Assembly: GCA_002269645.1 (NCBI GenBank)
Contig: NIVC01001379.1
Location: 62,001 to 126,000, forward strand
Direction: 5' to 3'
DNA: 64,000 nt
Source of the DNA: Macrostomum lignano
Taxonomy: Eukaryota
Shown here: positions 45,865 through 64,000 of the stretch, in pieces
How positions within the stretch are numbered: the stretch's first letter is position 1
Layout of the letters: the number at the start of each line of letters is the position of its first letter
Made by a program: the position numbers and the translations under genes
Notes under the pieces: model-generated
Seen by the model: only the letters and a program-made list of their open reading frames with translations
What the model was told of the DNA's origin: nothing
The model's database searches: none

Positions 45865-45994
45865 TTGACAGCGGCAGCAGTTTTGAAGCTCTGGAACTGA
45901 TTAAACAAACTGATTAAATAATTGGGGTTCATCAGCGTTCTCTGCAAATTTGCACTACTGGTCTGCATGGTGTTGATGGCTACTAAGGCCTTCA

Positions 45995-46722
45995 AGATGT
46001 CCTGAGGGTATCTTGCGTTTGTCCTGAGATTTTTTTGAGGCTGTCTGAGGATGTCCTGAGAATGTATGTCCTGAAACTTTCCTGAGGATGTTCTGAAACT
46101 TTCATGAAGATGTCCTGAAACTTTCCTTAGGCTGTCCTAAGAATGTCCTTAGGCTGTCCTGAAACTTTCCTGAGTCTGTCCTGAATCTTTCCTGAGGCTG
46201 TCCTGAATCTTTCCTGAGGCTGTCCTGAATCTTTCCTGAGGCTGTCCTGAATCTTTCCTGAGGCTGTCCTGAATATTTCCTGAGGCTGTCCTGAATCTTT
46301 CCTGAGGCTGTCCTGAAAATTTCCTGAGGCTGTCCTAAGGATGTCCTTTTGCTGTCCTTAGGCTGTCCTGAAACTTTCCTGAGGCTGTCCTGAAACTTTC
46401 TTGAGGCTGTCCTGAATCTTTCCTGAGGCTGTCCTGAAACTTTCCTGAGGCTGTCCTGAGGATGTCCTTTTGCTGTCCTTAGGCTGTCCTGAAACTTTCC
46501 TGAGGCTATCCTGAAACTTTCCAGAGGCTGTCCTGAGGATGTCCTTAGGCTGTCCTGAAACTTTCCTGAGGCTGTCCTGAGGCTGTCCTTAGGCTGTCCT
46601 GAAACTTTCATGAGGCTGTCCTGAAACTTTCCTCAGGCTGCCTGAGAATGACCTGAGGCTGCCTTGAGGATGTCCTGAGGATGTCCTGAGGCTGTTCTGA
46701 GGATGTCTTGAGGATGTCCTTG
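45995..46722. repeat. 11/22/33-bp minisatellite
   Basis: Subunits GTCCTGAGGCT, GTCCTGAAACT and TTCCTGAGGCT. Confidence 0.93.
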
Positions 46723-47749
46723 GCCTGAAAGCCAACAGGAATAATATGACTATTATCTACTATTAGTAGTTAAACTTTTCAGATAAATTTGAATTTTTAA
46801 TTTCTTTTTAACGTCAGCAGTAATCCGCGTCCGTGTTGTCGCTTTCAGTTGTCTATGTTGTGTCTTTTTTTCCAATTTGCTGCTTCCACGTTGTGTCTTT
46901 GTTCAGCTGAACTTTTGAAAACGCTTCCTTTGTGTCTTTGTAGCGGGGATTTTTTAAAAATATTTTTGTGCATATTTTGGCGGTGATGAACTGATCTAGT
47001 CTCATGTTTTTATATTTTATGATTGTTGCATTACATTACATGATTATCGGATCTATCTATAGAGACTCGAGAGGGGCAGTTAAAAAATTCGAAATTGAAA
47101 ACAGAATCAAATCAAATTAAAGTACCAACATCTCTGCCCCTGCAGACTCCATGATTACAGATTATATTCATTTTTACTTTTAATAATATTAGTATTATAT
47201 ATTGTGTATTATAACACAAATATGTATATTCTGATAACAATGTTCTAAATCTTTATTAGTCTCTCTCTGTGTGTTTACTGCTGCCTTATACATACTCTGT
47301 ACATATTCTATGTCTTTAACTATATATATGCCTATTTTTATGATTTAAAAAATGTGGGTCTCTCTATTAAAATCATTTTTTAGCCGCTGTTGTTGTGGTT
47401 GTCATTTTTTTAATTTTCAAATGCCAATTTATATTGTCTTTAAGTTTGTCTCTGTCGGTCAGCAGTTTATTCATATTTTTGCATATAAGCATCATTATTC
47501 TAACTTATGTGACAGTATTATTTTTTTACTTTCTATTATTATATATCTAGTCCTAGCTAGTCACTTTTTTGTTTGTATTTATACTACCAGCTCCTTGCCT
47601 TGCATAGGTTTATTGATCCAGGGTTCACTGAAATCTTCACTGGTTGATTTTGTTGAGTTTTAATACCAAATTCGCGTTATGAAAATCCCCATTTTTTCCA
47701 ATTTTGAAACTTCAATTCTTCGTATTGTAAAATCTTTATTCTTACTACC

Positions 47750-48665
47750 GGAAAAAATCCCGATTATTTCCACTGTAAAATCCCAATTATTCCCACTGTT
47801 GAATCCCAAATATTCCCACTGTAAAATCCCAATTATTCCCACTGTAAAATCCCAATTATTCCCACTGTTGAATCCCAAATATTCCCACTGTAAAATCCCA
47901 ATTATTCCCACTGTTGAATCCCAAATATTCCCACTGTAAAATCCCAATTATTCCCACTGTAAAATCCCAATTATTCCCACTGTAAAATCCCAATTATTCC
48001 CACTGTAAAATCCCAATTATTCCTGTAAAATCCCAATTATTCCCACTGTAAAATCCCAATTATTCCTGTAAAATCCCAATTATTCCTGTAAAATCCCAAT
48101 TATTCCTGTAAAATCCCAATTATTCCCACTGTAAAATCCCAATTATTCCCACTGTTGAATCCCAAATATTCCCACTGTAAAATCCCAATTATTCTCACTG
48201 TAAAATCCCAATTATTCCTGTAAAATCCCAATTATTCTCACTGTAAAATCCCAATTATTTCTGTAAAATCCCAATTATTCCTGTAAAATCCCAATTATTC
48301 CCACTGTAAAATCCCAATTATTCCCACTGTAAAATCCCAAATATTCCCACTGTAAAATCCCAATTAATCCCACTGTAAAATCCCAAATATTCTCACTGTA
48401 GAATCCCGATTATTCCCACTGTAACATCCCAAATATTCCCACTGTAAAATCCCAATTATCCCCACTGTAAAATCCCAATTATTCCCACTGTAAAATCCCA
48501 ATTATTCCCACTGTAAAATCCCAATTATTCCCACTGTAAAATCCCAATTAATCCCACTGTAACATCCCAAATATTCCCACTGTAAAATCCCAATTATCCC
48601 CACTGTATAATCCCAATGATTCCTACTGCAATATCCCAGTTGTTCCTACTGTAAAATCCCAATCC
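47750..48665. repeat. 23-bp minisatellite
   Basis: Unit AAAATCCCAATTATTCCCACTGT. Confidence 0.95.
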
Positions 48666-49271
48666 TTCATTGAACGGGATCGCAAGTAACAAAACTTGCT
48701 AAATCATATTTTCCAAGTTTGCATATTGTTTGCACAAAATTGAAAGAATTCCAATTTGTTTTGTGAGTTTCACTGCACACAAATATCGCTGCTTAAAATG
48801 TCTAATCGGATATTTAGCAGTGCGATAGTGTCTATGCTTACCCATATCATATTTCAGACATGAAAGATTTTATCAGGCAGATATTACAGTTGAATCAAAA
48901 CCTTCTTGACTTTTTAAAGCAAGCATTGCAATGTTAATAAAGATGCATATTTTTACTATATTTGTTCACAATATTTATGATTATTTTGTGTCAATTTCTA
49001 TTTTCTTTTTCTGTTTCTATTTGCACCTTTTTGCACAAAGTAGAGTTTTCTACCCTCTGTCGTTTAATATTCTAATTTATTTTTTTAGTACAGCCATTGC
49101 ACAGGACCATGCTCTTATATGCTTTTTAACAATATATATATAGTTGGATACTTAGGTAACAATACAATATTATATAATTAATTTGTTGAGACTTGCAGTT
49201 TTAATTTTATTCATTAAAACCTGATTGATAGATGGAGCTCATGAAGACAAGTCAGCTTTGAACACTTCTGT

Positions 49272-49405
49272 ACAGAAGGCCTGTGGTTTAGCTGTACAGA
49301 AGGGCTGTGGTTTAGCTGTACAGAAGGCCTGTGGTTTAGCTGTACAGGAAGAGTTGTGGTTTAGCTGTACAGGAAGTGCTGTGGTTTAGCTGTACAGGAA
49401 GTGCT
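49272..49405. repeat. 24-bp minisatellite (~5 copies)
   Basis: Unit GCTGTACAGAAGGCCTGTGGTTTA. Confidence 0.85.
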
Positions 49406-49821
49406 GTCGAGCCGCTGGCACATCAGAGCCTGCGCTAGACCACAAGGTTACCAACCCAAAGCTTTGGTTGTTGAGGTTAGAGTTAGGGTTTAGATTAGAG
49501 CAAAGATTTAGGGTATGGTTTAGGAGTATGTTTAGGTCATGTTTAGGTTAAGGTTTCAGTTTGTCAGTTAATTCGTAGCAGTCGAAATAGCAGTAGCAAT
49601 TGCAGAGTCTAATTCTCATTTGATGCAGTTCTGTTGGAGGTTGAAAGCAATTTAGTCCTCGACACATGCGCTGTTTAGCATTGTTGGGTAGGGAATCTCT
49701 GTAACCATGGAAACTGACATTGACTTCCAGCCAAGCTAACTCCGGTCGGCCCGAGGTGGCAGCCACGACACCTGTTTTTGGTGCATCTCTCTGCCGCTGA
49801 CTTCCCAGCTGCCAGCGAATA

Positions 49822-54756
<4,935 letters not shown>

Positions 54757-56220
54757 TTGATTAATTGGTTAATAGAATTACAGATTTTCTGGTAGATTAG
54801 TGAATATTTATTGTCTTGTTGGTTGTTTCAAGTCAGTTTAATTACTGTCTGTCTGATTGGTTAAATGGACTGTTTGACTTGTATGATCGATCGGTTGCTT
54901 AGTTGGTTTGTTTATTCAATAATTAGCAGATCCTTTGTTGAGGTGACTAATTAGGATAAGATCGTTAAGCAATCGATAATTAATTATTGAGTGGAGGTTC
55001 GACAATTATGATATTGTTGTTTGGTTTACTGATGTATCAATTTCATTGTGATATTTTCATATTACATATATTTTGTTGCCGTTAAGTTCATTTGTTTGTT
55101 CAATCACCTGTGTCTGGCTAATCTCAATCCGAGTTCCTAAAATGTCTAATTGCTCTACTTGCATGTACGAACGTATATATATATATGTATATATATATGT
55201 GGCACATTTGCGTGTAAACTACTTTCAGTTAAGTAGAAAGTTAAGTAGGAAGCATTTTAATGCATTTTGGTACAGGACTCGATTTTTTTGACCTCTTACC
55301 CCTTAGCTTGGCCCTCCGACCGCGTCATTCCTCACATATCCTCTACCCCCTCCCCGCCGCCCAGTTTTTATTGCCTTCCTCTGTATTCCGCTTAAAGCTG
55401 CCATGTACATTTATAGACTCGTTACCCACCCCCCACTAGCTGAACGCCTCCGACTGCGTCTCCTCGCATCTTTCCACACAAAACCTCTACCCCGCTCCGC
55501 CGCCCAATTTTTATTGCCTTTCTCGACGTACATTTCTAGTGGCGCTGGCTAATGTACATTACGGCTGCACCAATCACGAGTTGTTAAAATCATCCACAAG
55601 TCGCAAAAAAGTGGCTTTCTTCTCGTGAAATAGCTTACGCTTGCTTCCTTGCTACTAAACTGAAAGTAGAGAAACTTTTCTATCAGAAAATAAGCCAGTT
55701 ATTATAGAATCTGTGATGCGGATTTTGGAACGGGAATTATTGTTGTTATTATATATATATATTAGTTTATCGCAGTATAGTTAATTATAATATCTGTTAT
55801 GTTTTGCGATCTCTTTCCCACATAAGTTTTCCGTTGACTGATTACCGCCAGTTAAAACTCTTGTGTGTAGCATTGGCAACGATAGTTATATTCAGTAGTA
55901 CATTGATGTACTTTTATTTGGTATTGTGATTGTTTCTCGAACAATTAATTTATAATTCGCCTAAGTGAATTTAGTGAAGCAACGGCTTGTGTACATTTAA
56001 TCTACGAGACGTCTGGTAAAGATTTGCCTGTATGAATATGATGGCGTGGAAACTTAATAATGATAACTTTTAAGTTTTTGGTGGCAATTAACTCTGTTTT
56101 GGTTATTTTCTTTGAATAGTGTCCAGAAAGTTGTATTTAGGTGGACTATTGGAGGTTGCTAACACAAATTTCAAACTATCCGCAAAACTTCAAAATAGAC
56201 GTTTCTCTTATCTTATACGC

Positions 56221-56395
56221 ATGGGCTAGATTAGCAATTCATTCTATTCCTACATCTACATATGAGCTAGATTAGCAATCCATTCTATTCCTACATCCGC
56301 ATATGGGCTAGATTAGCAATCCATTCTATTCCTGCATCCTCATTGGCTAGATTAGCAGTCCATTCTATTCCTGCATCCTTGAGCTAGATAGCAAT
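56221..56395. repeat. Short degenerate array of the 39-bp GGGCTAGATTAGCAATCCATTCTATTCC family
   Basis: About 4 copies, same family and orientation as 62371-64000. Confidence 0.9.
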
Positions 56396-58034
56396 TTTTG
56401 CAATTTAAAGGCTAATTTTTCTAATTTCTAATTTCTAATTTTTAATTTTTAATTTCAGTTCTAATTTTATGTAATCGTATGATTGAAGCTTAGCAACAAT
56501 CTATGCGACTGATAAATAGGAATCACAGTCGAATGACTTCGCCAATCCTACGTTGGGGTTAACTTTCTTAAGTAGTAGTTGGTTAGTTCTAAGTCTAGTT
56601 ATGGGAAGCTGGTTTTCCTAGCTTTTTCCCTTAAACTAGCAGTGGGGGGTTAATCTGGTTAGATTTTTCTACATTGGTTATAATGCCTTTGCCCAGCTGT
56701 CGCGAACCCTGTCTCTGTCAGCATATCAGATTAAAGCAGCTAAGTGGAAAATGACAGGTGTTTATCTAGGATATTTAGCCTCTTATTTTTCTCTGATGGG
56801 GCTGTTACTGACGGGAACGAAGGGTTATTAGTTCCTGAGATTTGAGCTTTGATCTTTGCTCGCGTTCGGGAATGAGAACTGATGACGATCGGCCAGTACT
56901 CTAGCAGTAATCTGTTGTTGAAGATCTACTCGTGTCGAGTAACCTCCGGAGCAAGGATATTCCAGTGTCAGATCTGTGTAGATTCTCAACTTTATTCGAA
57001 TATTTTAGCCTAATAAGATATTATATATTAAATATCCGATTTCCCTGTTCGTAAACTTTTTTCTAATCTATATCTGAACCTAATAACACAAATATTGGTG
57101 TCAATGATAGACGTCATGCCTGGTTAAAGGACGCCAATATTGGTGTCAACAGAGACGCCATGCTTGGTTATGGACGCCAATTGTGGTGTCAAAAGCTTCA
57201 TTCTTGATTATAGACGTCAATACAGACACACGTTACGAGCTATATAGACGTTAAAAGCGTCTTGAATGGTCCTAAGTGACGTTAAATTAGGTAGCGCCTC
57301 AAATGCCATCAGTGGAAAACTGACTGACCACTGAAAGAACGGTGAATTTGCTTAATGTGAAGCTGTAGTGCAGGTGTAATCGTATATTAGAATCGTGATT
57401 TGCAATCATCCATTTGCTACCAAGCGTGCATCGAATCGCGAGATTAGTAAAAAGAATAACGAAGTACTGACTAACATTGAGAACAACAATAAAATATCTG
57501 CTCATTATTTGAGAGAATCTGCGATCAAAAATGTGTAACTATGGAGATGATGTGAAGATACAGGTAGTAAGATAACACTATTTTGTCCGTGATGGTATAG
57601 TGAAAAGCTCAAAATTGAGATAACTAATCATCTTAATGAGCGTAGTAAACATCTTTGCGAATTGGTAATGACTTAAAATATAGTGAGGTCAAGCAAAGTG
57701 CTCTGATCCAAAGTGACTAAATTTAACGGTTGTAAAAGAAAAAGCTAGTCAATTTGGTGCCATCTAGAGCAGCTATTAGGTGTTGTATTTGAGAGACAAT
57801 GAGACTTTGCTTTTAGCTCGTAGCATGATGCGCAAGAAACACTGCCCTGTCGGAACTTTTAAGTCGCTTTTTAAGTTAAGCTTTAGCACACTATTGCTAT
57901 CGATGAATGAATCTGGTGCTGATACTGACAGACAGGACGTCGAGAAACATTCGAATCGATTAAATTCTAAATATCTAATGTCAAACAAAGAATAAACAGT
58001 AAATATTCTCTGCTGTCATTGCTGCGAGAATAGT

Positions 58035-59294
58035 TTATACGGCGCTTTCGCAACGCCCTAACGACTGCAGTCTGATAACATTGGCGCCCTGTCCTACAGC
58101 GTGCATTCGTCGCCTACCACCAACGCTGGCCGTGGCGCTAGCGGTGCCGCCGGTGACTCCACCGCCAGCGCCGCCGTTCGCTCCTGCGCCTCCTTGGCAA
58201 CGAAAGGTGCAGATAATAATCTTGCGAAACTTCGGGCAGGACATGAAAAGATAGATCGGATTCACGGCGCAGTTGGACAGGGCTAGGCAGCTTATCGCGT
58301 CCTCAATCAGTATAAACACGGAGGTGTCCACTCCGGTAGACAAGGCAGCCACCAGTCCGAACGATTCGCCGTTAATAAGAGCCATTATGTTCCGAATCTG
58401 CATGGTCAGATGATGCGGCAGCCAGGAGACGGCGAATATGCTAGCCATTGTGACGCCAAGGCGCATAATCTTCTTAGTGCGATTAACCGCCGCGTTGTTG
58501 TTAAACTGCACCAGCTGGGAGTTCACCTCGCGTACGGTTCGGATTATCTTCGCGTAGCTATAGATTATTATGCTCAAGGGCAAGACGTACAGCAGCATAA
58601 TGCTGACTGCATCATACACTACGGCCATTAAGCGACTATTCATATTCTGCAGGCACATCTGCGTCAGCTGGGTAGCGTTGCTGAGTGGCGCAAATGAGAA
58701 TGACATTAGGCTGCTTACATCGGTAACGCGAGAGAACTTAGCTACAGGTGAGCCAAATGAGATTGCTACCAGCCAAACTACCAGAATCATCTTGCAGGAA
58801 GTTGTTCGCGAAGCCTTGCTGTTGCTGGCTAGTCGGTTTGCGCTGATACCGATGGAGCGCTCCAGAATCATTGCCGTATGATTAAAAATGCTGGCCGCAG
58901 CTGTTGACACCATGGCCGTTTCAACTAGTCGGCAGAGTCCTTCTCCCAGCGTCCAGTGGGTAGATACAATTTTCTGACTGGCTCCCGGTATGCAGATTGC
59001 AGTCATGAGCAGGTCGGTAAACACCAGGTTTAGTAGAAAGTATTTTTCAGAAACCCGATGCGATTTGAGTACAGCTAATAGAAGCAAACCGTTGCTAACC
59101 AGCGAGGTGGCGCCGATGACTGCATATAGAACCAGCATCACGATGCGCCCCACCGAGATCTCTTGCACTGTGACAGTCTTGATGAAGGCCTCGACACGAA
59201 GACTGTCGTTAGCAGTCATGGTCATTAATAATTCTTCGACGCTAATCGACATGCTTGTGTGCGGTTTATCCAGTGCGGCTCGAGTAGTCAGCAT
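58035..59294 (-). CDS. Intronless class A (rhodopsin-like) GPCR, probably a neuropeptide receptor, ~405-419 aa
   Basis: Seven hydrophobic segments. SNGLL (TM1), LNLVFTDL (TM2), LCRL, ILERS (DRY position), WLVAISFGSP (TM4), LPLSIIIYSYAKI (TM5), SWLP (TM6), NCAVNPIYLFM (TM7). ATGs at 59294 and 59252. Confidence 0.9.
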   Translation of the reverse strand: MLTTRAALDKPHTSMSISVEELLMTMTANDSLRVEAFIKTVTVQEISVGRIVMLVLYAVIGATSLVSNGLLLLAVLKSHRVSEKYFLLNLVFTDLLMTAICIPGASQKIVSTHWTLGEGLCRLVETAMVSTAAASIFNHTAMILERSIGISANRLASNSKASRTTSCKMILVVWLVAISFGSPVAKFSRVTDVSSLMSFSFAPLSNATQLTQMCLQNMNSRLMAVVYDAVSIMLLYVLPLSIIIYSYAKIIRTVREVNSQLVQFNNNAAVNRTKKIMRLGVTMASIFAVSWLPHHLTMQIRNIMALINGESFGLVAALSTGVDTSVFILIEDAISCLALSNCAVNPIYLFMSCPKFRKIIICTFRCQGGAGANGGAGGGVTGGTASATASVGGRRRMHAVGQGANVIRLQSLGRCESAV

Positions 59295-62200
59295 TCCCTG
59301 CTTACTGCACCGAAGAAACGAAACGTCTCCTCTTTATCAATTTTCCTTTCTCAACTGAGCTGTTGCTAAGATCACGTCAACCAATCAGGTGTCTTGTATA
59401 GGAATATACCTCTTTTTCGTCTAATACAGTCGAAAGATGGCTTCGGATACAAAATCAACTCCTTGCGCGTTAATTAAAAACGTAGAAGGTATATTTTCTG
59501 CTTTTTAGCGATATCAATCGTTGAGATATTCTTCTCTAAGTTTCTCGTTTTATCTCATTTTGACAGCAATCTTGTCAGGACTACAAAATTAAATTTAAAA
59601 GACGCTTTTTCTGCTTAGCTTAGCTACGAATCCAGAATGAACAAATTGTGAAAGAAGCGTTTTCTATAGACAGCTGCGTTTCTTTTTCGGAAGTGAAAAA
59701 ATATCCTGTGCCTGCTAAGTGAATCTTTCCAAGCAGCCGAAGAATTTTGTCGGGTCTGCTTTAGTTTCTATGGCGCGTGCATGTATATGCACATACTTTT
59801 TGTCTATTCCATTCGCCTAGATTTGCTCTGGAACTGTCCGTAAGTTATAGTTTTTTGCTTGGCCTTGGGCCCTTCGTTTCATCTGTTTGAGTGCAGCGTT
59901 TTTTGGCAGTTGGGCAGTCAAATTGCAGGGTCTGCTCCCGAGGGGTCTCTTAGAATTAAAGTGACATGTTCAGACATAGAAACAGGGGTGTATGTATCGA
60001 GATAGAATTTCTGCAAGAGACTGAATAAGAAAGACGGGCGGATGATAAGATGAAGCTGAGGCAGCGAAGAAATTCACCCAGAAGAACTCCCTCGGAGCAT
60101 TAATATGCCGTTGACAGTCAAATAGCTCAAGGGCAAAGAACTGCTCTGGCCAAGAGAAAACAGATTCTTCTTGTCCAGTTCGTCTCGACTTGCCAAATTA
60201 GTTTTGTTTTACAACTCTGTAAGCACCATCAGCACACAGTGGGTTGTCTTTGTATTTGCTTGTTCTTTCCGTCTTCCGGACTTTTTTTCTGATCCTCCGT
60301 GTTGTCCTAAGCACTGTTGGTTATGAAAACGAGTGGCTGACATTTTGCCTGTGCAACTCCCACAAATGAATCTGAAATGACGTGCTGAGGCTCCGCCTTT
60401 AGCTTTCTCCCTCCATCCCTCCTTCCTTACCTTCTTGCCTACTTACTTATTTACTTGAGTTACTTATGTACTTCTTACTTACTTTATTTTCAGCTTTCGA
60501 ATTAACAAAATAGCCAAAGACAGCCTTTTTTGTCTAAAATTCATGTGGATAGAGTTCTATGATACACTTTTCCCTTCTGCTGCCTCTCTTCTGTTTTCTT
60601 GTTCCTTTTGATCTTTGCTGCTCATGGCCCAGTGGAGATCCAACTTACGGCTTAGTAGCACCGCAGCTGCCGAGCATATCCTGCAGCAAAACATATTTTA
60701 AAGCTACTAAACATTTTCCTGAGCGATCGAGCGTGTTAACACTTTGTTTTTTATAGACAGCTGTTAATGCAGATGACCCTGTGTTCATAGGCTTGCTCCC
60801 AGGGGGGGTCAAACCCACCGATACTAAAATATCTAGAGATGGGCCACTCAGGCATATATACTTAGTAAAACAGCTTTCCACTTTCGGTTCAGTAGCAGAG
60901 AAGAATACATAAGCTATTTTATATAAAAGGCAGTTGAAATGACTTTGATCAGTTTAGAAGCCTACAAGCTTGCATGCGTAAACAGCTTGCTAATTGGTTC
61001 AGCCATAATGTACATTGGCCAGTCCACTGAAATGTACATAGCTCGCATACATAGCTGTACATAGGGCTGGAATTCCAAAGAAAGGCAATCAAAATGGGAG
61101 CAGGGCGGGCTGGGGGTTCTGTGAAAAGGCGGTTGGAGGGTTTATGCTGGGGGTAAGAGCCAGTAAATAAGCATTGGCTTTAAAAATACGTTAAAATGCT
61201 TCTGTTTAACTTACTACTGAACTGAAAGTAGCTTGCACGCAAATGTGCTGTGTAGCCCATCTAGTTATTCTAGTATCTGTGGTCAAACCCTGGCTTTGTC
61301 ATTGCCAAGCAGTGTGGCGGCTAACGGAGTCGAACCAAAGTCGAAAGCCTATTTCATAGCTTAAGTAAAAAAATGAAAATTGGATTCTCGTAAATTCTGC
61401 TCGACCTATCCGCCCAAATTAGGGAAAGTTATCAATGAATCGACATTTCTTTAGAAGTAAATCGTACTCGTAATAGCTACGGCATGACACCCCGAATTGC
61501 TTGTTAAAATGTATTCAGAGCACGTACTGCTATAAAAATATATTCCGACTTCTTGGAGGCCAGAGTATAATAGAAGTACATTGTCAGCACTGCAATTCTA
61601 GCGTCCAGCAGCTTGAGTAGACAATGAGCTACGTGATTAAAACAATGGCAGATTAGTGTGTAGCTGAGTTAAGTAATGGCCGAAATACGATCGCGCGTTT
61701 CCTGCCTATTGTTTAACAAAGCTGCGCTGTACATTTGCTCGTTTTCGCTCAGCAAAGTCATTATTCCACGCTCATTTCACGCTGATGCATAGTTAAGGAG
61801 GGGAAGTTAGTTACTACAGGTGTGAAAGCAGTCGCGTGAGGAACTGCGTACATGGGCAGCAACTGCAAAATAATGGGAGGGGGCAAAACTAATTGCTCTT
61901 GTGTCCAGGTGACAAGCATTTCAAAGATGACAAAGAATAAGCGTGTGAAGTTTTGTGTCTTTGCTTTTAAACTGTTTATCGTTTTAAATTTGTTTTTTAG
62001 TACACAGAACTTTTGTACAACCCTCGTCACCCTAGTTGCCTGTAAAAAAACTATGCCTCGGCACCATTGCCATATGTCCCTGATCCAAAGTCTGTCTTAC
62101 AGTCTGCCTAACTACAGTTGCTTCTAGCATGAGCTTGTCTAGAGCAGAGTAAATAATCTGCCTTCATATCATATGACATTAAATAGCCAGGCTTGACAAA

Positions 62201-62370
62201 ATTAGTAAGCAACCTCCTTATATGCCTCCTTCTTTTGCGCCTAAGAATAACTTTCTGCTGCTCTGATAGTCATTAAAATAATTCGATTTCTGCTTATGCA
62301 GCATCAGTCTTCTGCCTTTAATTTTCCTATTCTGATCCAGCAAGCAAGGACTAATAATAATATAGTCCTG

Positions 62371-64000
62371 CATCCTTGTGGGCTAGATTAGCAATCCATT
62401 CTATTCCTGCATCCTTGTGGGCTAGATTAGCAATCCATTCTGTTCCTGCATCCTTGTGGGCTAGATTAGCAATCCATTCTATTCCTGCATCCTTGTGGGC
62501 TAGATTAGCAATCCATTCTATTCCTGCATCCTTGATGGGCTAGATTAGCAATCCATTCTATTCCTGCATCCTTGTGGGCTAGATTAGCAATCCATTCTAT
62601 TCCTGCATCCTTGTGAGCTAGATTAGCAATCCATTCTATTCCTGCATCCCTGTGGGCTAGATTAGCAATCCATTCTATTCCTGCATCCCTGTGGGCTAGA
62701 TTAGCAATCCATTCTATTCCTGCATCCCTGTGGGCTAGATTAGCAATCCATTCTATTCCTGCATCCTTGTGGGCTAGATTAGCAATCCATTCTATTCCTG
62801 CATCCTTGTGAGCTAGATTAGCAATCCATTCTATTCCTGCATCCTGTGGGCTAGATTAGCAATCCATTCTATTCCTGCATCCTTGTGGGCTAGATTAGCA
62901 ATCCATTCTATTCCTGCATCCTTGTGAGCTAGATTAGCAATCCATTCTATTCCTGCATCCCTGTGGGCTAGATTAGCAATCCATTCTATTCCTGCATCCT
63001 TGTGGGCTAGATTAGCAATCCATTCTATTCCTGCATCCTTGTGAGCTAGATTAGCAATCCATTCTATTCCTGCATCCCTGTGGGCTAGATTAGCAATCCA
63101 TTCTATTCCTGCATCCTTGTGGGCTAGATTAGCAATCCATTCTATTCCTGCATCCTTGTGAGCTAGATTAGCAATCCATTCTATTCCTGCATCCCTGTGG
63201 GCTAGATTAGCAATCCATTCTATTCCTGCATCCTTGTGGGCTAGATTAGCAATCCATTCTATTCCTGCATCCCTGTGGGCTAGATTAGCAATCCATTCTA
63301 TTCCTGCATCCCTGTGGGCTAGATTAGCAATCCATTCTATTCCTGCATCATTGTGGGCTAGATTAGCAATCCATTCTATTCCTGCATCCCTGTGGGCTAG
63401 ATTAGCAATCCATTCTATTCCTGCATCCTTGTGGGCTAGATTAGCAATCCATTCTATTCCTGCATCCTTGTGAGCTAGATTAGCAATCCATTCTATTCCT
63501 GCATCCTTGTGGGCTAGATTAGCAATCCATTCTATTCCTGCATCCTTGTGGGCTAGATTAGCAATCCATTCTATTCCTGCATCCTTGTGAGCTAGATTAG
63601 CAATCCATTCTATTCCTGCATCCTGTGGGCTAGATTAGCAATCCATTCTATTCCTGCATCCTTGTGGGCTAGATTAGCAATCCATTCTATTCCTGCATCC
63701 TGTGGGCTAGATTAGCAATCCATTCTATTCCTGCATCCTGTGGGCTAGATTAGCAATCCATTCTATTCCTGCATCATTGTGGGCTAGATTAGCAATCCAT
63801 TCTATTCCTGCATCCCTGTGAGCTAGATTAGCAATCCATTCTATTCCTGCATCCTTGTGGGCTAGATTAGCAATCCATTCTATTCCTGCATCCTGTGGGC
63901 TAGATTAGCAATCCATTCTATTCCTGCATCATTGTGAGCTAGATTAGCAATCCATTCTATTCCTGCATCCTTGTGGGCTAGATTAGCAATCCATTCTATT
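62371..64000. repeat. 39-bp minisatellite (>40 copies, runs off the right edge)
   Basis: Unit CCTGCATCCTTGTGGGCTAGATTAGCAATCCATTCTATT. Confidence 0.97.

Noticed and set aside
61326-61336. Perfect B box GGTTCGACTCC on the minus strand
   Set aside because: No A box or cloverleaf, so it cannot be called a tRNA or SINE.

Overview
Animal genomic DNA. Style: GC-rich exons with poly-Ala/Gln runs, AT-rich spacers and minisatellite-filled introns. This resembles the free-living flatworm Macrostomum (inference only, not checked). Five spliced or intronless host genes can be reconstructed: a ZC3H4/6/8-family triple-CCCH gene (minus, 8313->5152); a full-length MICAL (plus, 21378-39177, 8 exons, about 2033 aa; monooxygenase-CH-LIM-bMERB); an evectin/PLEKHB-like PH-domain gene (plus, 43337-45864); a compact PLEKHM1-like RUN + LIR + Rubicon-homology gene (plus, 49822-54756); and an intronless class A peptide-type GPCR (minus, 59294->58035). 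An intact, very young Ty3/Gypsy element lies at 10904-17466 (minus), with near-identical LTRs, a TTAC TSD, a tRNA-Arg-like PBS, a PPT and a predicted -1 gag-pol frameshift signal. Also present: two Helitron-like non-autonomous elements, a MITE with 19-bp TIRs and an 8-bp TSD, two inverted-repeat elements, tRNA-derived remnants and about 20 distinct tandem arrays. Least explained: a homogeneous, strongly self-complementary 271-bp tandem unit at the window start; the near one-private-minisatellite-per-intron architecture (one array is built from a splice donor); and a ~3 kb CpG-void domain upstream of MICAL. All coordinates, splice models and folds were worked out by eye; no searches were run.
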